Source of the DNA: Lingula anatina
Taxonomy: Eukaryota > Animalia > Brachiopoda
Length of the DNA: 64,000 nucleotides
Direction of reading: 5' to 3'
NCBI GenBank assembly: GCA_051362555.1
Contig: CM120640.1
Span: 4,712,001-4,776,000, forward strand
Shown here: positions 25,801 through 37,800 of the stretch, piece by piece
How the letters are laid out: every line of letters starts with the position of its first letter
How positions within the stretch are numbered: position 1 is the first letter of the stretch
The notes under the pieces: generated by a model
Told to the model about the DNA's origin: nothing
What the model saw: the letters and a program-made list of their open reading frames with translations, nothing else
Database searches by the model: none
Made by a program: the position numbers and the translations under genes

Positions 25801-27813
25801 CCAGCCAGAGAGTTCATTCAGTTTACAAGTTTTTTTTGTGTGTGTGTGTGAGTGTGTGTGTGTGTATGTGTGTGTTTTTCTCTTTCTACTTTAATTAAAT
25901 ATGAGTTTTTTTCTTACTTCAACCTCGAAAATATGTGAAAACCTATAATCTAGATTTTGTGAACATTTATTTGCATTGCTCTTTACTGGACTTCAAAACT
26001 TTTGGTCAACCTCGTATTGTTTTGGAGATATTCAGTACTTTCATTTTACATTGTACAATTATACATTTCGTCAAGTCAATGTGTTAATTTTAGTTTGCAT
26101 ATGTGCATTTGAGAAGCTAAGCTTTCAGCTGTCACCGACAGCGTCTGGGTAAAATCAAGTAAAGTCAAGTGTTAATGGACTAAGTTGTTAAGACAGCTGG
26201 CACTTCAAAATGCAGCAATCATTAAAATATCTGGACTTTTCAGGGACGGAATGTTCTATTTGTACTAGTAGACAATTATTCCACAGTAATATGCTTGTTG
26301 TGAAGGAGACAAATGTCCTTTCTTATCCCAACCAACAGCAACAGTAACTGCAGTTTTTGGTAAATCCACAGCACCATTTACTTTTTGCTAGAAACACAGT
26401 TTTAAAAATATAGCTTCTGACTTTCTCACTATTATTAACATTTAAGTACAGCGATGCATTCTTTACCAATTCTGTGTTTACATAAAAATTATTCTTAAAA
26501 AAGGAAAATAAGTCCCACCTTCTCTCTAGATAGGACTAACTTACAGGTAACAAATTAGGGGAAGGGGGTGTAAGGAAACTGAGGGTCCACGTAACAAAAA
26601 CTCCACCCTCCACTTATAATTATAATCGTTTAGGTTAGCCTGACGTAAGTGGTTCAAAATCTAGGGCGAGGCTTACCTGTACAAATTAAAGGGAAATGGA
26701 CTCTTTATTATGGGGGACTCTCTGTCACATGAGAGGGGGACCTTAACTCACAGCTCCATATCAACCTTACCCATATATCGGCCTTCTCTGTTATTGGGAA
26801 GTTCTGATAGAGATCAAGCATTTCTGGTGTGCGATACATAGGAGTTGTATGCTTCGCAATCTGAAAAGCGCATGACATCAGCAGTCAGGATTGCAATGAA
26901 CCACTTTTAGCTACTAGTATGAAGACAGTAATTGCTTATTACGGGTATAAAATGGTTAATATTTTCAGTAGTGTTCAAAATGTTGATTCAAAAGTTTTAA
27001 AATGTTAGCATTACTTGAGCAGTTCAGTGCGTAACTTTTAAGATGATAAATATTGAAAAAGAAAACTAGAAGAAGTGAGATATTTCAAAGTAATCAGCAC
27101 ACTTTTAAGGGACCCATTATCAACTTTGGCAGCAAATACAGGTGAATATTGACTGTACACATCTCCTTCTTTAATAAATAACATTTCATTTATGTCATAT
27201 TTCTCTAATCTCAACAATATTTGTAAAGATTTTATTACCTCATCCTCTACTAAGCTTCTTTTAATTGCTGTCCAAGAATGGTCTGGGTTATGCATCTTTG
27301 TAGTAGCACTTCCAAAATCACACAGTTTAATGGATCCCTTAGAACTAAGCAATAGATTCTCCACCTGAAAATAGTTACATTATCATTACCTGGGGTAGCG
27401 CTAGCAATTTTTTTTGTTTAGCCAAATCACCTTTTTTTTGTCAATTTGTTATCCAAATGGTTTTAATTTGACTAAAATGAGTCAAATCAAGCACTTTTTG
27501 TTTAGCCAAGTTAAGCCATTTTTAGCATTTGGCTAAATCGGTGAGTGTTAGCACTACCCCAGATTACATTATTTGAACACAGTCACCTAAATTCATAAAC
27601 ACATAATCTGATTGTTTGTAAAAGCAGAGATAAGGACCAATAAAACCGTTTGAAAATTTCCCAGTAATATTTTCTATGTCGCAATGCTAAATTACTGTTC
27701 AGTCATTTAAAGGTAAATCAATAAATTAAAATGGAATAAAATATTAAATCCAAGTGGAGGAATGGATCAAGCAATGTTTCATGAAAAGGTTTATTTCATA
27801 ATTGCTCCCCCCC

Positions 27814-27866
<53 letters not shown>

Positions 27867-30800
27867 AACACACATCTTAAAGGAAAATTTATTTTGGGTG
27901 GTAAATCCTGTATAGAGTACCCTTCACTGATTGGGCTGCTCTGGTGACATTATGAGATCACCTATAGACAAATGTAATCTCATTCTAATTTTTCACTTAG
28001 CAGAAACCCAGAAAGCTGCTACATGTGTGCAACAATTGCCTTATGTACAAAACTGTTGTCATAAACCCCGCTATATATTCTTTCATTTCTGCAACTTGAA
28101 ATACTGCAGACAGTTGTCACATTGAAGAAATTACTGACAGATGAACAGATTGCACACAGTTTATACAGTGACAGCAGTGTTAGCAGGTTAGATGGTTACT
28201 GTAAGGAAGGGGCTGGGCTTGTTCGGGCCTACCTTCTTACTGTTTGCATGCAAAAATTCCTACAATGCAGTTTGAGACCCCTGCTGAGGCAAAGCCACAA
28301 AGTGAAGAATGGGCATTATCCAAGATCAAGCCAAGAGTCATAACTTGGTGAAAAATCAAGGAACGTTTCATAGGATTTGGAGGAGTGCAAAATATCAAAA
28401 ATAATGACAGACTAAATATAGTGGTGCAGCAACAAAAGATGACAGAATTTATCCATGGATAGTTTTTGGATATTTCTCTTAAACTGTGTCTATTGCACAA
28501 CAAATTCACTATGTTTATGTGTCATATTTTGTATTGTTTTCATCCCCAGCATACAGTTTCACCCTTATCACTAAAAAATTCACCCCACCTCACATGGAAT
28601 CTTGCTAGTTTAGAGAAACACAAAATTGTGCAATGTCTGCAACTCTTCATAGTGACTTCTGTGAACCAATGTTTTTCTGGCTATTTCTGCTAATCACTTC
28701 AAGTCCAGCCTCAAGAGAACAATCAACTGTAGTTTTCTCACCTTTCTACACAACCACTAAATATTATGATAATAAACCTTCTGGTTACCTATCAACCTGG
28801 AAGTGTTTAGGCTAGAAGGAGACCAAATTATTCTCAGAATTGTTTTGAAACCTCATATGAGCAATATTTTCAAAATCTTAAGGTTTCCTACATAAAATTA
28901 GCTATAATTATACTTTCACATATAGTTCATAGACATTGTCTAACTTCAGAAAAGGTATGGTCATTTCACTGATGCCAATATATCAACAGTTTTTAGGTAA
29001 AAGTGCTATTTTTGGTTTCTTCATGTTCTCTACAATCTGTGCTTGTATTAGACGTGAATCAATGGCTTATAGGAGCTTTGCATGAGTACTGGAGGACAGT
29101 GCCACTGATATTTTAAAAATTACTCTGTTTAGATTTTATCGAAAAGATTTTATAGAAAATGAAAGTGACATAAGGCTTCAGCCAGTTCAGGCCTATGTTA
29201 TTTCAAAGTCACAAAATATAAAAATGTCAGTATGTGAAAAATAAAGATTTCAAAAAAAAAAAAAAAAAAAAAAACAGCACAATTTAAAGAAAAATAATCC
29301 AATCAGGCTGGTGTTCCAATGAGAGCTCTGTTTTAGTCCTTAAAATGATTTTTTGTAACTTTGAAAAAAATAAACAACACAGTTCTTCTTTCACAACTGC
29401 ACGAAATAATTTTCCTCAATTTGATGCAAAATTACAGAATGCTTTATCACCAATTTTTAAACACTAGTATGTACTGCTGTTAATACAGTCATTCAGAAAA
29501 TGTAACTGGTACAATGCTTGAGGTCCAAGGGGGGGGGGGTCAACACCATGAAAATGACATGACAATTTTTATGAAAAATGAAAAATTCACCAAAAGGCCT
29601 AAAAAAATTGTGCTTCAATATGTATTTAAGTGCTTTGAATCACCCTTATAAGTTTGAGGATAGTAAGCTACATGGTTTTCCTTCTATTGTTGTACCAGTG
29701 AGAAGTGGGCCGCGATGGCGTGACAATGAAAGACTCAGGTGATGGCTATTTGTACAGACACAGATACATTTATATGCACTTTCCATGAAAATTCTAATAA
29801 AAGTATTCTTATCTTAGTGTTAGTTGTTTAACAATTTATGTAAGGTCCACTAAGAACCACTCAATCAAGAAGTATTATCTTCAATCCAGACAATCATGTA
29901 ACTATTTATTTTATTTAATTTATTTTAAACATCTATGGTCTCTTATATTATATCTGGTATATTAGTCACATCAGTGGGATCTGAGATTCAATCCCAGAAC
30001 CTCTATTTCAGCATCATGATAATATTCCTACTGTGCTCCACATAATTCTGTGAATCAAGGCATTGATTTTCTTACAACTTCCACAAACTAAGAATCTCCT
30101 AAGAAACTTCCAACCAGATCAATAGTTATTTGATTATAGCCACTATGAATCAATGCTCTCCTTTCTGTCAGAAATACGTGCATTCTGGTTTAATACGCTT
30201 AAACTAACAAATTTTGTCCCACAGACATATATCTTTTAGGTTCTTCATCTAAAGTAAATAAATCACTACTAGTGCCTGTGTTTTAAATTGCACTATCCTT
30301 TGGATTTAAATACAACATATCATTTATATTCAAATTTAGCTGACTGATTAACTATCCTTGAAAAAGTATGTAAATATATTTTTGAGTTCGTAGGTCAACA
30401 GAATAATGGCGAGCAGGTTATGGAAAATTGGTTGTGTGAAGGTAAATCTTTTCAAATCTGGCACAAGACATCCACATTTCTCCACATCAAATGCACTGTT
30501 TGATGTTTTACATCAATTGTGCTGCTTCTATCCATGTTTCTGGAAAGTATTACAGGCTTGTACCCGGGGGAGGGGGAGGGGGTTCAAACCCACCACTTCA
30601 TTCAACGAAAAGTTCTGCTCTGGGTAAAAAATTATTATAGTACACAGAGGTTTCATGGTTAAAGGTCCACTCTTTCCAAAAAAACTTTCCCCCCCTATAT
30701 AATTGCTGGCTACGCGCCTGTATTATCTGACTTTCTTTACACCTACCTTTAAATCCCTGTGTACGACAGGCTGCTGTTGCTTGTGCATGTGTTGCACAGC

Positions 30801-33800
30801 TCGGCATGTCTGATAGAACACCTGTAACACCTGGTCACAGGACAACTCTCCCACAGCATTCATAATGTCCACCATTTGACCACCTGTAAAAGTAACATCA
30901 GGGGGAGAAACATAAGTAGTAAAAAAATACAATTCTGCATGCTGTAAAACCGTAGCGCCAAATTTACCAGTTTGTCTTAGTCCAAGTCAATGGCAGATGT
31001 CACAACTGCAAATAAAGGGAGAGAAAGGGAGACACATATCATCATTCAACATTTTTCTTACTATCCTACAACCAGTTGAAGAGTAAGGTTTTCTTCTGAA
31101 AAGGTCTTTTAAAGCAAACAAAATTATATTTAATTTTGCTGCTCCTCAGAGCTGCAATTCTGAAAATAAAAATCTGAACTGGAAGATATATGCTTTGAGT
31201 AGATATATTATCTTAATTCCAGCTGCATTTTAACACTATCTTTTAAATAAAAATCATATTGAAGCAACACAACACATTTTCCCTGTTCAAGCGAGTTGTA
31301 ATTCCTAAAAAATAAAAATATTTAACAAAAAGATCCATCAAAATTGCAATCTCTACCTAAAAGCCAGGCATGGGATGGGAAAATTGCAAACAAGGCAGCA
31401 AAGTTATCAAGTAGATCAAGGTGATGACTACATGTACAGAGACAAAGTTACCATCACCACACAAAAAAATAGGCCTTCTTGGATATACACTGATCAGGAA
31501 GTGTTCCTTAAGGTGGATATATGCTAGAAGGTAGTGCCAACACAGGACACAAAACTTTACCTGCCACAGGTGTTAAACTATGTCAGCAACCAAGGAAAGT
31601 CTTGCTAAGATGCAACAACAGCACTCCTTAAAATCTTGATTTAAAATATTAGAGTACTTAACACATACTTTGACAAACCAGGAATTCCATCATTTTCTGC
31701 TTTACAGGCAACAATTTTCAATCTGCTGACTGAAATTGAATCTTAATAGTCCTCTTCAAACTCTATTTATTCAAAACCCTTAACTAAGAATTTGATAGAT
31801 CGACAAAATGTTTTTACTAATGATTTAGCCCAGGGGTTGACATATATTACGAACATAAGTCTTTGAGGCATTATTATTTTGAATGGAGGTTTTAGATTTC
31901 TGTTAAAATTAGTAATTGTGGTACTTTCTTCTACTGTTTTCTCTCTTTTTTCACCATCTTTATAAGATTATTATTCTTCAACTGGGTAATAATAGAGATT
32001 TACAGTGGTAACAAACAGGTTCACCTTAATGACCTTTCTGTCAGCTTATACAAAACTATCATGCCACCATCCAGCATCTGAGTAGAGAAAAGCAAAAAAC
32101 TTAATAGAGCTTTATACAAGTTTACATACCTGTGCAGAGCTCAGTTAGGATAAGAAATTCACTCATTCCAGTGTCCGACTCCTCTTTGCCAATTGATGCC
32201 GCTGAGACAAACTCAAGGATATTGGGATGCCCAGACAACTTTTTCTGATCAGATTTAAGGAAGAAATTTAACATTATCAACAGCATTTTGCTTCTGATTT
32301 CCCAGTTTTGAAACTTATATTCTTTACTTTTTTATTATTAATAAATCTTAAACTTGGATACATTTTTAAAAATGTATCAACTTATCAACTAAAACCAATG
32401 AATGTCATTATTTATCTTATTTATCTTACATATTTATCTACCACATTTTCATTACAGCATACTTGCTGTGAAAAGGATACAAGAAAGCAGATTTCTTGAT
32501 AAATCGCTTTACTGTTTTCTTCCTCACTGGAGAGAAGCCTCTGAAATTTTGAAATAAAAACTAAATTATATTAAAAAAATTCAACAGAAAAATTGTAATA
32601 ATTTAAGTCACTATATAACTATTATTACCTTAACTACACTTACTAGTATATCACTGAAAAATGTCACAGCAGTAATGATCAATCTAACCATTTTTAATTA
32701 TCTTTTACATGTGCAATTCTGTACAGAAACATTTAACTTACCGAAAAACGCCCACGGCCTAAAAATGTTTTCAAAATTAGCAAAAAAAAAAAAAAAAAAA
32801 AGCTTATATAACAGACATTAAGTAACAATTTGGAGTGAAACATGAAAACCATACCTTCAAGGCATATTCTCTTCCAGATGCAACATCTTGTGCTACATAC
32901 ACAAAAGCAAAACCACCTGGAAAGGATGAAAAATGTTTGCATCTTGAATTGCCACCTTTTTGTACCAAAGTTGCCTCATGGTTATACCTAATAGTTATAT
33001 TTATGCTGTTTTTTTAATGCCAAAATATTTCATCTAGCAGTGATATATAAATAACTAACAAACAATAAATATTATGGAATGCTGAAAAGGAGCCTCTGCA
33101 ATTTTAAATATGTGCCTAAATTTCATGCCAAGCACTGAAGCAGGATACTTGGACAATATAGCTGAATGCTTGACAGAGCCCACACACCAATTTATCAACT
33201 TCAGGCCTACCCAACTACCAGATCGGCACATAAGGATCCTGAATTAACCAGTATATCAGACCACACTACCTGTTTTCAAGGTGTGTGTCAGATCGCATTT
33301 CGGAGTATCATACCCCAGAACAAATTTTGTAGGACGACTGCAGGTTCATCCTGTCGGTGTTCTAACTGATACTCCGAAATGCGATCTGACACACACCTTG
33401 AAAACAGGTAGTGTGGTTCGATATAACGGTTAATTCAGGATTCTTATGTGCCGAGTCTGGTAGTTGTGTAGGCCTGAACTTCCATTCAAACTGTAGGATG
33501 CAGACTTGTGAAAATGAGTAAATCCCACTGAAATGTACTGGTGTAATTATGTTTAGAAAGGTACTGGTTCAGGGGTGTTGATAACGTTTACCACTCAATG
33601 TGGAAAGCAGTTTGACTGAAAATTGCACATAGGACTATAAATAAAACATTATTACTTGATCAGTTGATATATAATGGCTCATTACGTCAAATATGTTGAG
33701 TTTGTGGCAGTAAAGGGGGCAGGAATGGGTGGTTTTGTGGAGTGTAAAGATAATGCTTCGTGAATATCTTAATATACACTCACATTTCGTTCTAACCCTC

Positions 33801-33973
33801 CCCCCTACTCAAATGCAATGTAAGAGACTGAACTGTAACTCACCTTCCGCTATGACTCGCTTCACTCTTAATTTAAGGTCACCAAGTTCTACATATTGTC
33901 CAACAAAATCATTTTCGGTTCGGCCACTCCCTGGACTAAAATATCCAAGGGCCGATTTAAAAAAATCTGCCAT
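10817..33973 (-). CDS. GAK: Cyclin-G-associated kinase / auxilin-2 (kinase + PTEN-like + C2 + clathrin-binding region + J domain), 25 coding exons, ~1371 aa
   Basis: Exons in transcript order: 33844-33973, 32855-32916, 32481-32540, 32130-32244, 30747-30883, 27239-27364, 26771-26860, 25332-25467, 24119-24250 (weak donor), 23355-23526, 22941-22993, 22638-22786, 22116-22238, 21554-21687, 21130-21243, 16194-16274, 15690-15807, 15359-15438, 14655-14857, 13280-14467, 13047-13157, 12099-12269, 11615-11766, 11130-11306, 10817-10918; total 4116 nt, in frame. Motifs: [81 protein letters not shown]...[13 protein letters not shown]. Confidence 0.95.
12190..12230 (-). repeat. (CAA)n poly-glutamine tract in a GAK exon
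   Basis: A TTG repeat on + encodes [13 protein letters not shown] in exon 12099-12269. Confidence 0.9.
18886..19020. repeat. ~22-bp minisatellite, about 6 copies
   Basis: TCTCAGACATCAGGATATAC-like unit repeated. Confidence 0.8.
19260..19916 (+). mobile_element. Internally deleted PIF/Harbinger element retaining the 5' end of the transposase
   Basis: Perfect ~31-bp TIR GGGCCGGTTTCACAAAGCAGTAGTTAGTTAG with CAG/CTG flanks (CWG target). The internal peptide [41 protein letters not shown] resembles HARBI1-type transposase N-termini. Confidence 0.8.
27390..27562. mobile_element. MITE with 5-bp TSD (ATTAC)
   Basis: TIRs CTGGGGTAGCGCTAGCA and TGTTAGCACTACCCCAG; ATTAC at 27385-27389 and 27563-27567; internal TTAGCCAA/TTGGCTAA subterminal motifs. 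Confidence 0.75.
30553..30720. mobile_element. Short MITE with G/C-run subtermini and candidate 5-bp TSD (TATTA)
   Basis: Imperfect TIRs CAGGCTTGTACCC and GCTACGCGCCTG; TATTA on both flanks. Confidence 0.55.
32245..32480 (-). other. U12-type (minor spliceosome) GT-AG intron, GAK intron 3
   Basis: 5' splice site |GTATCCTTTT; branch-like TTCCTTAAA (32254-32262 on -) ~10 nt before the AG with no intervening polypyrimidine tract; splicing joins ICFL|KKLSGHPNI in frame. Confidence 0.88.
33202..33476. mobile_element. Fold-back MITE (~110-bp arms) with 5-bp TSD (AACTT) in GAK intron 1
   Basis: CAGGCCTAC...GGAGTATCA is inverted to TGATACTCC...GTAGGCCTG; AACTT at 33197-33201 and 33477-33481. Confidence 0.88.
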
Positions 33974-33989
33974 GTTTATCTCACAAAAT

Positions 33990-34230
33990 TTGTCCAAATC
34001 GATCCATCATTCAGCAGGTGGAAGTGTGATGTCACTGTCGGAAATGGGTACGCCGCTCGTTGTCGTAAAGTGATTGTAACTAAATCGGAAGGATTATAAA
34101 TATGCTCGTATTTGGATAAATTTTAGCTTTAAATCTCAAACTCTTGTTATTTTAAATAATCAAAGTGGAGATAGACGAGAAGGGAAAGGTGACTGCTTCG
34201 CCGCTTTCGCATCTCAAGAGAGGGAGGGTA
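33990..34230 (-). promoter_or_regulatory. Probable GAK promoter / 5'UTR region
   Basis: A local rise in CpG just upstream of the ATG, with ETS-like GGAAGTG/CGGAA motifs, typical of housekeeping promoters. Confidence 0.4.
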
Positions 34231-34893
34231 CTTGGTATTCAAAAATAGACTAATTTTAAAAAGCAAATTTGTAAATGCTCAATGTTTGTAAATGCTCTTT
34301 TACCACAATTAAAACATTTAAGCTTTAACCGCTGGCAAATTTAGGTATCAAGTTTCTCGACCACAATAGGCTTATATGGCGAGATTGGTAACTACAGTGT
34401 ATAGTTGTGTGTGAAAACTTTGAAATTACATGTGTCGGATGTATTTCTATTGTAGAAAACACGACCAGGAGGAATATCTTAATAATGGTAATGTATTAAT
34501 AGCCTCAGTTATGATTGAAACAATGGGTTTTTAATGTTTACATACACATCAAAAGTATAACAGTAAGGTTAAATTACTAATTGCCATTAAAAACTGAACA
34601 GTCATCTATTAAAGATTCACTCCATAGTTTTGAAAATGCTTATTTTTGCAATACACAGATTCTTATAAAAATTTACATACATGTAGGCCCTACACCTTAA
34701 AATTATTTAACTCCTTAAATGTTTTTATCTGGAGCGTGCCTGATGGTGATATTTCCATTAGAGTTTATAGGAAAATGGTTGCTTTTATAATGACTTATCA
34801 GTCATTTTTAGCTAAAATCAACCTTTATAAATTTTATCAAAGGTCGAAACCAAGTGCAAAGAGGGATTGATGAATGATTCGTGAGTAGACTAG

Positions 34894-37800
34894 TAGGTGA
34901 GCGGCAAACCCCCAAAAAGTGCTTTATTTAAGGAGTTTAGTGTCCCCTTTATACACAGACCTGAATTATATATCATTTGAAAGCTCAGAGTCTGCTGGTC
35001 AAAGTTAGCCATGATGTGGAAATGGCAATTGCTTGCGTAGCCATGGAAACGGACAATTTCCAAGATGGCCGCCTGTTTTTTTGCATTTTTTCTAAAAATA
35101 CAAATCATTGATAAACATACCTAAAACATTGTCTATCATCTAACCTTTACATGTTTTGTGATGAGGGAGGTTATGGGCTAAAAAAAACACCATAGCAGGA
35201 TTTCAAGATGGCCGCCGTTTTCAAGATGGCCGCCATTGTCTATGAAAAATTGGTCAAATTTTCTCATTTTATTCCAAATCTTTACATATAGAATCAAAAC
35301 TGTGGTGTCCACAAAATAGTTTTTGCATGAATTATACAAAGTAGGTATATTTTCATTTAGTTATGGCATTTGGTTAAATTTGGGGGATGGTAAAGCAGTC
35401 AATTTTCAAATATTCAACATGGCCACCATGAAATGCCTATTTCCATGAGGTAGCTGCTTTTGTGCACTTAAATAATCAAAAAAATTATTTTTATTACCAT
35501 GCTCAAAACATATTTTTGCTAGATGCTAGATTTTACATGATGCTTCATACAACTTCTTCAAAATGGCCACCATTTTCAAGATGGCCACCGTTTTCAAAAT
35601 GGCTACCATCATTTGTGAAAAGTGTTCGAATTTGCTCATTTTATTCCAAATCTTTACATATAAAATCAAAACCATAATGTCCATATGACTATTATGGAAT
35701 GAATTATACAAAGCAGTCATTAATTTATTACATTATGGTATTTTGTTTCACTTCAGTGATATTTTAGCAGTCATTTCTTAAATATTCAAAATGACTCACT
35801 GCCATGAAATGCAAATTTCCGTAACTTGGGATTTGATTCAGCTAAATCATCAAATAAATAATTTTTGTGTCCAAGTTCTCATACATATTTGTGCTAGATG
35901 CTACTTGATGCTTAATACATCTTCAAGATGGCCACCATTTTCAAGATGGCCGCCAAATGGAGTTTTTTTCTCAAAATTGTATTACGCACATCTAAAGGAT
36001 GAAATTATTCGCAAAGCATTACTACATATATGGTTGTAAAAGAAAAATAATTGTAGGATATGTGCTATTACTGCAACTTTTCACTTATAATAAAAAATTT
36101 TTGGATTTTCCAATATTTATATGTACTAACACATGTTAAGTCAAGTCAAAGTTAATACTGTGTTTCTTGTTGTGAACCTTTGTGCACGATTGTCACAGTA
36201 AAAAGAAATCCCATAGTTTGGAAATATGTAGACAATTTTATAAAAAATTATTTTTTTTGATCTATCAAATTTAATGTATTTACCAATACCAAAATGTCTG
36301 TCATATTAAAACAGGAACCTGTCTTTATTTGAAGTGCATCAGTCCATATAACCCACTGCAAATCCATGATGCATTTCTGTGGTCTACATTTATCAAGTTG
36401 ACTTCTCAGTAAAGAAAGGAGCACATAAATACACTATTTTGCCGCTTCAATTATCTTCAAAATTTTATCTCAGTACATTTCTAAGTACCCATACTCTCAT
36501 ATATACCTAGTACCCATACTCTCATATATACCTTAAAATGCTTGTGCCTGCATGCGTTATCTACTCACACACACCCACGAACACATATACATGCTAAACC
36601 CTTAACGTGTTCTTTGTGTCTACATTAGTGACCTGTCACTCATGCTTTTTCATCAAAATCATAATCAATTTCAATACATGTCCCCAGAGAATATGGATTC
36701 TGACATATCTAGTAGGTACACTGGGTCCTTTGAGCATAGTTTGTCACAAACAATTTGGGCAACATTGCCCTTACTGACACAAGCTGCATCTCCCGGTAAC
36801 CAGTGCACCCTGTTCTAACACAGTTTAAAAGAAGAGCTTGAAGGAGGCAGTCCCAAAACTGAAATGTAGGAAATTCCCCTCATCCCCAGGCCTGGGAATC
36901 TGAGAAATTTGGCAGCAGATCTTCAGACATACTCTCAGATACATGTTGGTCACCCATAAAACCCACAGCACAAGACTTGTAAAACTCCTACACATTTGAC
37001 ACCTCATACCACATCAACTGTGAAACTTCGCTATTCTTTCTTTGGTACCAAAATAAAAAGCTGACAATCTGAGAGATATCAAAGCTTTAAATGCCAAAGT
37101 AAGCCCTCTTATTGCCATGTTGAATTGTTTTCCACACAACCCTCTGCGCTGAAGTGGATGCTGCATAAACATCAGACTCTACAATGCCTACCAATGGCCA
37201 ACAAATCTGCAACGGCCCAAATTTTCCTAATAGAAGCAATGAAGCATGACAGTGTATGGGAACCACCCATACAAATGACATGGCAACCAAACTCTTCAGG
37301 AAAAGACCAGTTTATTTGTTGGGCTATGGCATATAGCTGTTGGTCGTCCGTTTGTACAGCAAATTGCTGTGCAAGTGAAGCACTCGTACCCCAACACTTC
37401 AACATTGTGGTGTAAAATGTGTACATGTCATTAGGTTTAACATCAAGAAGTGGCATATATGCAACTGCAGTAGAGGTCGTTTTCTTCACAGACAGCTGAT
37501 TGAATCCTGTCCAAAAAGAAATGACCTGCAGGTGCCAAAGCTAAACTTTATTGTTTACAGGTAGGCGATTTCGATGGGACATTCATAAAAGACTCCATGC
37601 AATAACATTAACTTGCATTACATTCTCTTTGTAATAATTGAGCTGTTCTAAAATCTCTCTTCTTGGTGGCTCAGCAAGTGTCTTAGGTTTCTAAAATGGT
37701 GTGTATTCCATTGGTGAATTGAATTTATCAGAGAGAGCAAGTGACTTGGACTTCCCAACTTCTAATGGGATTCTTTTACGTACTCACAGGGAGGTGTAGA

